NCBI GenBank assembly: GCA_958296135.2
Contig: CATQHZ020000001.1
Coordinates: forward strand, 4,800,001 to 4,864,000
DNA from: an uncultured Poribacteria bacterium
GTDB lineage: Bacteria > Poribacteria > WGA-4E > WGA-3G
Direction: 5' to 3'
Length of the DNA: 64,000 nucleotides
Position numbers and translations under genes: made by a program. The stretch's first letter is position 1. Each line of letters begins with the position of its first letter. Shown here piece by piece: positions 18,956-27,810 of this stretch. The notes beneath the pieces are model-generated. The model saw nothing but the letters and a program-made list of their open reading frames with translations. It was not told where the DNA came from and did not search any database.

Positions 18956-19746
18956 TGACTCCCACCGTAGGCACGGTTCTCAACCGCGCTTCCTTCCTGA
19001 ATGCCAAAGAAACTCGCGACAATTTGGCAAAACTGCGGGAACTTGTCAAGGTACGAGAAGTGCCCCGCCTCTTGGAGGACAACAAGCCCCGCGTCCGGTA
19101 TCTCCCGCTCCATAATCTTGCCGTAAGCCACAGGCGTATCTTTATCGTCTGCACCCCAGATGAGCAACGCCGGCGCGGCGATACGGGAGAGGAGTGGACG
19201 CAAGTCTTCGTTGACAACCTTCACCAGCGTCGCGCGCATCGCACCCGCGTTCTGATAATCCGTCGAACCGACGCATCGGGACATCGCATTGGCGAGCCGA
19301 GTGCCGGAAGTACCATAGCGGCGGAGCAGTTTCCCCAGCTTTGCAAGGCTGACGCGGAGGTAGTATTTCGCAGCGCGTCGCGGTTTAATGCCGGCACTAT
19401 CAACGAGGATGAGCTTCGCCACCTTTTCAGGATGCTCCGCGCCGAGGATGATAGAAATCCGCCCGCCAAACGAGTGCCCAATGAGATGCGCCTTCGCGAT
19501 ACCAAGTTTCTCAAAAAACGCCGTAACGAACCGCGCGTAATCGGGGGTGCTCCAAGCAGTAGGCGGTATCTCGCTCTGACCGAATCCCGGAAGATCGAGC
19601 GCGTAGACCTGGTGTGTCTGGGAAAGCCACTCAAAAACGGGTTTGAAACTGTCCGCCTCGCCGCCCCAGCCGTGCAGGAGGACGACAACGTCCCCTTCCC
19701 CCGCGACCTGGTATGCAACGTTGAGATTGTTAATTGTTATGAACAT
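18952..19746 (-). CDS. Alpha/beta hydrolase
   Basis: LLHGWG oxyanion motif, DLPGFG, GHSFGG nucleophile elbow, C-terminal GH. Confidence 0.9.
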   Translation of the reverse strand: MFITINNLNVAYQVAGEGDVVVLLHGWGGEADSFKPVFEWLSQTHQVYALDLPGFGQSEIPPTAWSTPDYARFVTAFFEKLGIAKAHLIGHSFGGRISIILGAEHPEKVAKLILVDSAGIKPRRAAKYYLRVSLAKLGKLLRRYGTSGTRLANAMSRCVGSTDYQNAGAMRATLVKVVNEDLRPLLSRIAAPALLIWGADDKDTPVAYGKIMEREIPDAGLVVLQEAGHFSYLDKFPQFCQIVASFFGIQEGSAVENRAYGGSQ

Positions 19747-19823
19747 TTTTTATTTGCGATAGGCGCGCTTTACAGAAGGCGCGCTTCCATGAAACTCAAA
19801 GAAATAATCGGATCAAAGCGCGT

Positions 19824-21296
19824 CTACGGGGCAGGGTTGAGGGTATCTAACGCCTGCGCGGCTACCTTCCTGTCATCAAACGGGAATCTTTCACCGTGAA
19901 TTTCCTGATAATCCTCGTGTCCCTTGCCAGCGATGACAACGACATCGCCCGGTTTCGCCACTGAAACCGCGTGCTGGATTGCCTCACGTCTCTGCTGAAT
20001 AGACACATAGTGGGTACCATGTGGTAAATTTGACACAATCTGCGCGATGATTTTGGCGGGCTCTTCCGTGCGCGGATTGTCAGAAGTGATGACGCTATAA
20101 TCCGCAAGCACCGCCGAAATGCGTCCCATTTGCGGCCGTTTGCCGGCATCCCTGTCACCGCCGCAGCCGAATACAGAGATGAGCGCGCGGTTCGTAATGC
20201 CTTTTGCCGCCCGCAAGACGTTTGCCAGTCCATCAGGCGTATGCGCGTAATCAACGATAACGGCGAAATCCTGTCCCCTATCCACGAGCTCAAACCGCCC
20301 CGGCACGACGGTGGCGGCCAGGCCTTCCTGAATGGCGGGGATGGCGCAGTCGTAACGGAGTCCCACACCTATCGCGGCGAGTGCATTGTAGAGGTTATAT
20401 TCGCCGAGCAGGCGCAACTTCGCCGGCATTGCACCCTGCTGCGTAACCGCCGTAAATGCCAACTGATTCAATGAACGTTCAACGTCCTTACCGCGCAAAT
20501 CCGCGCTTTTCCGGAGCGCATACGTCCACACTCGGCGTGCCCCGACAGCCTTTGTAATTTGTGCCGAAGCAGGCGCGTCGCCGTTGAGAATTGCAACGCC
20601 CGCCTCGGCGAGCTGCGCGAACAGCATTAACTTCGCCGCAAGATACGCCTTCATCGTGCCGTGGTAATCAAGATGGTCTTGCGTTAAATTCGTAAACACG
20701 GCGGTATCAAATGTCAGTCCCGCCAACCGATGCTGTGCAAGTCCTTGCGAGGAAGTCTCCATCACGACATATTCTATCCCCGAATCAGCGAATTGTTTGA
20801 AGAGCGCGTGGAGCTCAAACGCATCGGGGGTTGTGAGCGCAGCCGGGACAAACACGTCGCCGTAATGGTGCCCCACCGTGCCGAGCAATGCCGATTTTCG
20901 TCCACTCGCCGTGAGAATAGCATGGATGAGATGCGCCGTGGAAGTCTTGCCGTTCGTGCCAGTAATCCCGATGAGTTTCAACCGTCTCGCAGGGTTGCCG
21001 TGCCAATTCGCCGCGAGGAGGGAGAGCGCGCGCCGTCCGTTCGGCACCTGCACGTACGTAACGTTGGCCCCTATTTCAACCTCGGTGGGCGGCTTTTCGC
21101 CGATGACAGCCGCCGCGCCGTTTTCAATCGCTGCGGCGATAAACTGGTGTCCGTCCACTGCGATACCTTGATAACAGACGAAGACGTTCCCGGGCGCGCT
21201 CTTTCTATTGTCGCTAGCGATGCCCGTTATCTCACAAGTGAGAGAGCCTGTCTGCGCAGTCACCTCCAGCCCACGAAGCAGGTGTTTGAGTTGCAT
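19824..21296 (-). CDS. murE: UDP-MurNAc-dipeptide--meso-DAP ligase
   Basis: GTNGKTST, LTTP, DHLDYH, DYAHTPD, DNPR (meso-DAP-type), GKGHE. Confidence 0.96.
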   Translation of the reverse strand: MQLKHLLRGLEVTAQTGSLTCEITGIASDNRKSAPGNVFVCYQGIAVDGHQFIAAAIENGAAAVIGEKPPTEVEIGANVTYVQVPNGRRALSLLAANWHGNPARRLKLIGITGTNGKTSTAHLIHAILTASGRKSALLGTVGHHYGDVFVPAALTTPDAFELHALFKQFADSGIEYVVMETSSQGLAQHRLAGLTFDTAVFTNLTQDHLDYHGTMKAYLAAKLMLFAQLAEAGVAILNGDAPASAQITKAVGARRVWTYALRKSADLRGKDVERSLNQLAFTAVTQQGAMPAKLRLLGEYNLYNALAAIGVGLRYDCAIPAIQEGLAATVVPGRFELVDRGQDFAVIVDYAHTPDGLANVLRAAKGITNRALISVFGCGGDRDAGKRPQMGRISAVLADYSVITSDNPRTEEPAKIIAQIVSNLPHGTHYVSIQQRREAIQHAVSVAKPGDVVVIAGKGHEDYQEIHGERFPFDDRKVAAQALDTLNPAP

Positions 21297-21348
21297 CGGT
21301 TTCTCCTTGCTGTCTTCAATCCGCCCATGTCCTTTGCGAAATTGGGTA

Positions 21349-23118
21349 TTATTCTGCCACAGTCGGCGCGGATGCCTCATGTGCCGGCGGTGTGCCAAAG
21401 AATTCTGTCTGTCTGAAGTATTGCATCGTCTGCGTGGCAACGGCTTTGAAAAGCGGCCCTGCTGTCTGGCCACTGAAGCGCGCGCCTGTCGGTTCATCAA
21501 GCATCACAATGATGGAGACCTCGGGGTTCTCAGCGGGGAGGAATCCCATGAAAGACATAATCTCCTTGCCGCTGGCGTAGCCTATGCCTTTTTCCGCTTT
21601 TTGGGCGGTGCCGGTTTTCCCAGCGACGCGATAGCCTTCGACTTGCGCGCGGCGCCCGCTGCCGCCTTCCACCACCCCGACGAGTATTTCTGTCATTAAT
21701 CGCGCGACTTCTGGTTTCAGCACACGGCGCACCGGAATCGGGTATACCTTCTTAACAACCTTTCCAGTGCTATCCCGAATTTCGCGCGTGATATAGGGGC
21801 GCATCAACTCGCCGCCCTTCGCGATGACATTCAACGCGCTCACCATCTGGAGCGGTGTGACGAGGATGCCTTGTCCAAAAGGCACAGAGCCGAGCGAATT
21901 GGTGTCCCAGTTCCTCACGGCGTAAAGGCTGCCGCTGTGTTCATACGGCAAATCAATACCGGTTACCTTGCCGAACCCATATTTTTCGATGTAGGCACCG
22001 AAGTTGTCGTGCCCGAGCGCCTTCACAATCTTAATCATCCCGATATTGCTGGACTTGTGGAGGACTTCCTCCAGCGTTAACCACCCCTTCGGGCTGACAT
22101 CCTTGATAACTCTGCCTCTGCCCACCCGAAACCGGCCGTGTTCACAAAAAACACGCGTTTCGCGCGTCATGATGCCTTCGTTTAGCGCGGCGGAAGAGGC
22201 AACGATTTTGAAGACGGAGCCGGGCTCATACGCAAACCACACGCCCATATTCCGCTTCGCCGCCTCGCTAGCGTCCCCATAGGCGTTCAGTTCGTATGAA
22301 GGATAACTGGCGAGTGCCAATATCTCCGCCGTTTGCGATGCCAAGACAATGACAGTGCCTCTCGGCGCGTTCCACTGTTGACACGCCGCCGCGAGCTCCT
22401 TCTCGGCGACGTATTGAACGTACTCGTCAATCGTGAGGACGACACTGTGTCCGTAATCCGCCGCGGTGTTCTTGAGCAAACGGCGCATGGGTTCATCCGC
22501 ATCGGCGTATGTCTCAAGCAAGGAGCGCGATTCACGCGATACCGCTCTCGTCAGATACTCGTTATACTGGTATTCAATCCCTTCACCCCTATTCTCGGTG
22601 TTGACATTCCCGATAACCTGCGCCGCAAGCGAACCTTTCGGATAAGTGCGTCCCTGCTCCACGGTGTACTTTAAACCGCGAATCTTCTTCTGAAGAGCCC
22701 GAATTTCATCAAGTGCCTCGTAATCGACATCCCTTTTAAGTGAGACGAACCGTTTGTCCTTCCGGCTGAGCTGCGCGAGCAACTCAGCCTCTGTGCCACC
22801 TAAGATGGGCGCGAGCTCACGCGCTACTTCCCTCGGGGCAGCGCGCATATACTTCGGATCGGCGGAGACATGGAGGCGGTGGCGGCTCAAGCCTAAGATG
22901 GTGCCGTGCCTGTCCAGAATCTTACCGCGTTTGACTTTCGCCGCGCGCCGGGAAAGCCGCTCGTAATCTCCAGCATCCCGCCCCGCCGTGCCATCAACAA
23001 CCTGAACCCGATACAACTTGACGACTAACAACAGAAAGCCTGCCTGTAGCACAAGAAGAATCAAAACCAGGCGGCGAATGGATAAATGGGGGTGATGTGT
23101 CGTGGTTTTCCGTATCAT
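21349..23118 (-). CDS. ftsI: Class B penicillin-binding protein FtsI
   Basis: RGKILDR, EPGSVFK (SxxK), SSN, KTG motifs. Confidence 0.93.
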   Translation of the reverse strand: MIRKTTTHHPHLSIRRLVLILLVLQAGFLLLVVKLYRVQVVDGTAGRDAGDYERLSRRAAKVKRGKILDRHGTILGLSRHRLHVSADPKYMRAAPREVARELAPILGGTEAELLAQLSRKDKRFVSLKRDVDYEALDEIRALQKKIRGLKYTVEQGRTYPKGSLAAQVIGNVNTENRGEGIEYQYNEYLTRAVSRESRSLLETYADADEPMRRLLKNTAADYGHSVVLTIDEYVQYVAEKELAAACQQWNAPRGTVIVLASQTAEILALASYPSYELNAYGDASEAAKRNMGVWFAYEPGSVFKIVASSAALNEGIMTRETRVFCEHGRFRVGRGRVIKDVSPKGWLTLEEVLHKSSNIGMIKIVKALGHDNFGAYIEKYGFGKVTGIDLPYEHSGSLYAVRNWDTNSLGSVPFGQGILVTPLQMVSALNVIAKGGELMRPYITREIRDSTGKVVKKVYPIPVRRVLKPEVARLMTEILVGVVEGGSGRRAQVEGYRVAGKTGTAQKAEKGIGYASGKEIMSFMGFLPAENPEVSIIVMLDEPTGARFSGQTAGPLFKAVATQTMQYFRQTEFFGTPPAHEASAPTVAE

Positions 23119-23459
23119 CGGTGTATTCCGTGTGAAAGCGGCGCGTTGAGAACTCGCGCTGCCTCGGTAGGGGCTACCATGCCGAGTTCATCGGCGATGC
23201 GCCGGATGCGTTCAACCGCCGTTAACGTGGCCTCCTCCAATTCCAATCGATGGATTTCATCTTGGATGAGGTGCATCTGCCTCTCATAAACAGGTCTTCG
23301 TTGCAATGCCACCTTCTTCGCGTACGACGAGAACCAGACGCTCCCGGCAAAGATGCAGAAGCAGAGCCCTAGCACCAAATAGACAAACGGAAACGCCCGT
23401 TTCGGTTTCGGCGCCGCGGCTCTCGGTGTGCGTGTTGAATAACGATGTGAATTCTGCAT
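23115..23459 (-). CDS. ftsL: Cell division protein FtsL-like
   Basis: Single TM plus coiled coil ending ERIRRIA.ELGM; lies between rsmH and ftsI. Confidence 0.75.
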   Translation of the reverse strand: MQNSHRYSTRTPRAAAPKPKRAFPFVYLVLGLCFCIFAGSVWFSSYAKKVALQRRPVYERQMHLIQDEIHRLELEEATLTAVERIRRIADELGMVAPTEAARVLNAPLSHGIHR

Positions 23460-23552
23460 AGGACGCGCCTCGTTCTCGCATGCGGATGTTCGTATCCGTA
23501 CGCCTTCCTTTTTTAATCTATACGTTGAATATGGCGTTTAAGATACACGTTT

Positions 23553-24497
23553 TTACGTTTCTGGCGCGATTTTGCGTGCAGCGCGTAACTTCGCACTCCG
23601 CGCACGAGGGTTGCGATGCACCTCCGCCGCCGATGGCAACACAGGCTTCCTTGTCAACAGCCGCAAAGAGGGACGATGCCTACAGATGCAGACAGGCGTT
23701 TTCGGCGGACAGATACAGGCTCGCGCGCTCATCTGAAATCGCCGCTTCACTATTCTATCCTCAAGCGAATGGAACGCTATAACACAGAGACAGCCGCCCG
23801 GTTTCAGCAGCGATAGGGCCGCAGCTAACCCGAGGGCAAGGTTCTCCAATTCGGCATTGACATAAATCCGCAGGGCCTGAAACACGCGCGTCGCCGGATG
23901 GATGCGGGATGCTCTGTGTGATGGGACTGCAGCCGCGACAATCTCGGCGAGATGTGCCGTTGTTGTAATCTTGCCTGTCTGCCTCGCCTGAACAATGCGA
24001 CGCGCGACGCGCCTCGCGAACCGTTCTTCGCCATACCGCTTGAAAATATCCGCCAGTGTCTCAGCAGCACTCTCATTGACGACGTGCATCGCCGAAAGCG
24101 ACTGGCGCGCGTCCATCCGCATATCCAGCGGACCGGGGTGGTTAAAACTAAACCCTCTCTCCGGGGTATCCAACTGTAATGAGGACACGCCTAAATCCAG
24201 CAGTATCCCATCTATAGCATCAACAGCGTGACTTGCCAGCAACGTATCCATCTGTGCAAAGTTGCCGTGGATTAAGCGGTGCCGGGCTGGGAAGGCGTTC
24301 AGCCGCGTTTGGGCAATTGCCAATGCCGCCGCGTCCGCATCAATGCCGATGACGCGGCCGCTCGGCGCGGCGTTCTCTAATATTGCGAGGCTATGTCCCC
24401 CTAACCCCACCGTGGCATCTACGTAAACGCCATCGGGTTTCGGTTTAAGGAAGTCAAGCACCTCGTCGCGTAAAACCGGGATGTGCTGCGTATCCAT
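23553..24497 (-). CDS. rsmH: 16S rRNA m4C1402 methyltransferase
   Basis: HIPVL, DATVGLGGHS, DLGVSS, LDMRMD, FHSLEDR, NPRARSAKLR. Confidence 0.97.
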   Translation of the reverse strand: MDTQHIPVLRDEVLDFLKPKPDGVYVDATVGLGGHSLAILENAAPSGRVIGIDADAAALAIAQTRLNAFPARHRLIHGNFAQMDTLLASHAVDAIDGILLDLGVSSLQLDTPERGFSFNHPGPLDMRMDARQSLSAMHVVNESAAETLADIFKRYGEERFARRVARRIVQARQTGKITTTAHLAEIVAAAVPSHRASRIHPATRVFQALRIYVNAELENLALGLAAALSLLKPGGCLCVIAFHSLEDRIVKRRFQMSARACICPPKTPVCICRHRPSLRLLTRKPVLPSAAEVHRNPRARSAKLRAARKIAPET

Positions 24498-24508
24498 ATA
24501 AATGTATT

Positions 24509-24525
24509 AGCAAGAATCGTGCCAA
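24509..24525 (-). promoter_or_regulatory. sigma54 (-24/-12) promoter-like motif upstream of rsmH/dcw
   Basis: TTGGCACGATTCTTGCT (GG-N10-GC) ending ~12 nt before the rsmH ATG. Confidence 0.6.
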
Positions 24526-24526
24526 C

Positions 24527-25495
24527 TTATTCACTATCTATCCGATTTTGGTAAATGGCTTGGACGAGCGCCATCGTTTTCACCGCATCCGCGAAACAGG
24601 TGAGCGGCTGCCGGCCTTGCTGAATACAATCGACAAAATGGCGACTCTCACCGTAGAATCCGTATGCCTTGTGGAGGGAATCGGAACCAGCGGCTGCCTC
24701 TGGCTCGATTTCAGTTATACCTTCGGGGGTATGTAGCGTCGCGCGGCCGCCAGCATCGGGATTGATATAGGCGGAAATTCCCCGCGCGTGCATTTCAAAT
24801 GTGTGAATGCGGCCGCCGACTGCCCAATTGGTGCAGAGATACCCGGACGCGCCGCTCGTAAACTTGACAATCGCGTTGAAACTGTTCTCGCGCGCCGAAT
24901 CGAAGCGGTTAATGTCGCTCGCGACCGCTTTTACCTCGCCGCCGCCGAGCCAACGAAGCGTGTCTACCGCGTGAATCGCATCGCACGTCAGCACATCAAT
25001 GATGCCATCGTAATAAAGCGCGCTCGGGCTATTTTTATGGAAGGTGGCCATGCACTGGATAATCGGGCCGCTCTCTTCAACGCGCGCCTTCACCTTTTGC
25101 AAGAGTGGGATAAAGCGGCGGTTGAAACCTACCATCGTTTTGCAGCCATGCTCCTCGGCCGCGCGTGCCATCTCTTTCGTTTGATGGAGCGTTACACCCG
25201 GCGGTTTCTCAATAAAGACATGGTGCCCCCGCGAGAGACTCTGAATAACAAGTGGAAACAGGTGTTGCGGGGGCATTAAAATATAGACAGCATCGGGGCT
25301 CGTCTTCTCCAGCATCTCCCGATAGTCCGTGAAGGTGTGCTCTATCTCAAACCGCTCCGCCGTAGCGTGAAGTTTTGACGGCACCAACTCGCACAGGCCG
25401 ACAAGGTTTACATCGTCACATGCTGCAAGCGAGGGGTAATGGACGCTATTCGCCATGCCTCCCGCGCCGATTAAAGCGATAGTGACAGTTTGCAT
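24527..25495 (-). CDS. Gfo/Idh/MocA family oxidoreductase
   Basis: IGAGGMA Rossmann motif, EKP, GFNRRF, IHAVD. Confidence 0.9.
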   Translation of the reverse strand: MQTVTIALIGAGGMANSVHYPSLAACDDVNLVGLCELVPSKLHATAERFEIEHTFTDYREMLEKTSPDAVYILMPPQHLFPLVIQSLSRGHHVFIEKPPGVTLHQTKEMARAAEEHGCKTMVGFNRRFIPLLQKVKARVEESGPIIQCMATFHKNSPSALYYDGIIDVLTCDAIHAVDTLRWLGGGEVKAVASDINRFDSARENSFNAIVKFTSGASGYLCTNWAVGGRIHTFEMHARGISAYINPDAGGRATLHTPEGITEIEPEAAAGSDSLHKAYGFYGESRHFVDCIQQGRQPLTCFADAVKTMALVQAIYQNRIDSE

Positions 25496-25653
25496 GCGTT
25501 TCTCTCCAAGCAATCAGTTTTCTTGCATTTTATACGACAATCTGTTACAATGCAACTACAGTTTAACCTGTTCGCCCGCGCCTTTATAGGGCGGGGACGC
25601 ATGAAATGAAAAACTAAATCGTTCTCGGCAGCATACCACTAACGAGGCTATAA

Positions 25654-27315
25654 ATGAACTTCAATGCCATCAAATTAGAACTTTACAAAAACATGCTCAC
25701 CTCCATCGCAGAAGAAATGGGCGTGACGCTCCAACGCACCGCTTTCTCGCCTAATATCAAAGAACGGCTCGATTTCTCATGCGCCGTTTTTGATGCCACC
25801 GGACAGATGGTAGCGCAAGCCGCGCACATCCCCGCGCACCTCGGCTCCATGCCGCTCTCCGTACTCGCCGCAATCGAACACACTCACATGGAACCGGGCG
25901 ACATGATTGCACTAAATGACCCGTATTGTGGCGGCACTCACCTGCCGGACATTACACTTGTCGCACCGATTTTTGTCGAACAAAACGGAACGGACAACTA
26001 TAGAAATCTGTCCTTACCCGCTGTCAAAGCAACGCACGAATATAGCAATCCAGCTGTCCGCTCGCGAGGGCCTGAGTCGCCTACGTTTTTTGTGGCGAAC
26101 AGGGCACACCATGCCGATGTCGGCGGGATGACACCCGGCTCCATGCCCCTCGCAACGAGTGTCATCCAAGAAGGCATCCGCATCCCACCCATCAAACTCA
26201 TCCGAGGCGGGCAACTTAGCACAGCGTTGTGGGAACTCATCCTCGCCAATGTGCGTACACCGACAGAACGACGCGGCGATTTGGAGGCCCAACTCGCCGC
26301 CAACCGCATCGGCGAACGCCGACTGCAGGAGATGGCGGATAAATATGGCATCGCGGAGATGGAGGCATCCATGCAGGAATTGTGCGCCTATGCCAGCCGA
26401 ATGGTGCGCAACTGCCTCCAAGAAATCCCTGACGGCCGCTATACCAACGCCGATTTCTTAGACAATGACGGCATTACCGATGAACCGGTTGAAATCCGCG
26501 TCGCTATTGAAATTAAAGGAGATGAGGCAGTCGTCGATTTCAGTGGCACGGCGGGACAGGTACGCGGCTCCGTCAATGCGATTTACGCTATCACTTTGTC
26601 GGCTGTCTTCTACACGTTCCGATGCATCGCGGGGGTAGACGTGCCATCGAATGCCGGGTGCATGGAGCCGCTCCGGGTTATCGCGCCGGAAGGGAGTGTC
26701 GTTAACGCGAAATTCCCAGCGGCGGTTGCCGGTGGGAACGTCGAGACTTCGCAGCGTATCGTTGATGTGCTACTCGGAGCACTAGCGCAGGCGTGCCCAG
26801 AACGCATTCCCGCGGCGAGTTGCGGCTCCATGAACAATCTGACAGTAGGCGGCCACGACGCTGCGCGAGAGAGAGATTTCACCTACTACGAGACTATCGC
26901 TGGCGGCATGGGCGCGCGCCCCGACAGAAACGGCATCGATGCCATCCACACGCACATGACAAATACGATGAACACGCCGATAGAAGCAATTGAGACGACG
27001 TATCCGATGCAGGTTGAACGGTATGCAATCCGACGTGGGACAGGGGGTGCCGGCAAGTTTCGCGGCGGCGATGGCGTTGTGCGCTCCCTGCAGCTCCTTA
27101 CCGACGCGGAAGTGACTATCCTCTCAGAACGCCGAACGCGAGGCCCTTACGGCTTGCAAGGTGGCGAGGCGGGACAACCGGGGCGCAACGTCATGCGCCG
27201 TGATGGCGAAGAGCAGCCGTTAGCCGGAAAGGCGAGCATATCCGCGCGCAAAGGCGACATCGTGCAGATTGAAACCCCCGGCGGCGGTGGATATGGCATT
27301 GAAAAGAGCCCCTGA
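25654..27315 (+). CDS. Hydantoinase B / 5-oxoprolinase subunit
   Basis: RTAFSPNIKERLDFSCA, HLGSM, NDPY.GGTHLPD, HHADVGG, ETPGGGGYG; upstream TTGCAT-17bp-TACAAT promoter. Confidence 0.93.
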   Translation: MNFNAIKLELYKNMLTSIAEEMGVTLQRTAFSPNIKERLDFSCAVFDATGQMVAQAAHIPAHLGSMPLSVLAAIEHTHMEPGDMIALNDPYCGGTHLPDITLVAPIFVEQNGTDNYRNLSLPAVKATHEYSNPAVRSRGPESPTFFVANRAHHADVGGMTPGSMPLATSVIQEGIRIPPIKLIRGGQLSTALWELILANVRTPTERRGDLEAQLAANRIGERRLQEMADKYGIAEMEASMQELCAYASRMVRNCLQEIPDGRYTNADFLDNDGITDEPVEIRVAIEIKGDEAVVDFSGTAGQVRGSVNAIYAITLSAVFYTFRCIAGVDVPSNAGCMEPLRVIAPEGSVVNAKFPAAVAGGNVETSQRIVDVLLGALAQACPERIPAASCGSMNNLTVGGHDAARERDFTYYETIAGGMGARPDRNGIDAIHTHMTNTMNTPIEAIETTYPMQVERYAIRRGTGGAGKFRGGDGVVRSLQLLTDAEVTILSERRTRGPYGLQGGEAGQPGRNVMRRDGEEQPLAGKASISARKGDIVQIETPGGGGYGIEKSP

Positions 27316-27324
27316 GCGCGAAAA

Positions 27325-27770
27325 AGGCTTGAGTTGAGAATAAGCCGGATTCTGTATGCGATGATCATTCATCTCGGATGAATGTTACCATTCACCTCTA
27401 GCGGTTACCCGGGGACGAGGCGGGCACACCCTTGAATGTTCCCCGTTTTACCTTGCTCCAGATGGGGTTTACCGAGCTCCATAAGTCACCTTATGGACTG
27501 GTGCGCTTTTACCGCACCGTTTCACCTGTACACCGTCCGAGTTCTCCCTGCAGGCGCGCTTTGTGAACGCGCCTACCAGGAGAGCGAACGATGTAGTCTA
27601 CTTTCTGTTGCACTTTCCATAGCGTCGCCGCTCCTGGGGGTTACCCAGCACCCTGCCCTGCGGAGTCCGGACTTTCCTCATCCCGTCTCGCGATGCGGTG
27701 TGCGCGGTTTGCAACCGCGACTCCCGGCACCAAACGGATTGGGACGCGACCATCTACTCAACTCAAGCCT
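27325..27770 (-). ncRNA. rnpB: RNase P RNA (type A-like)
   Basis: Minus strand has GAGGAAAGTCCGG, GGAAAGTGCAACAGAAA, GGTGAAACG, GGTAAACCCC and ACAGAATCCGGCTTAT; P1 helix aggcttgagttgag pairs the two ends. Confidence 0.96.
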
Positions 27771-27810
27771 CTCAATAGGATACCATAAGATGGGGATTCA
27801 GCGCAACCGC

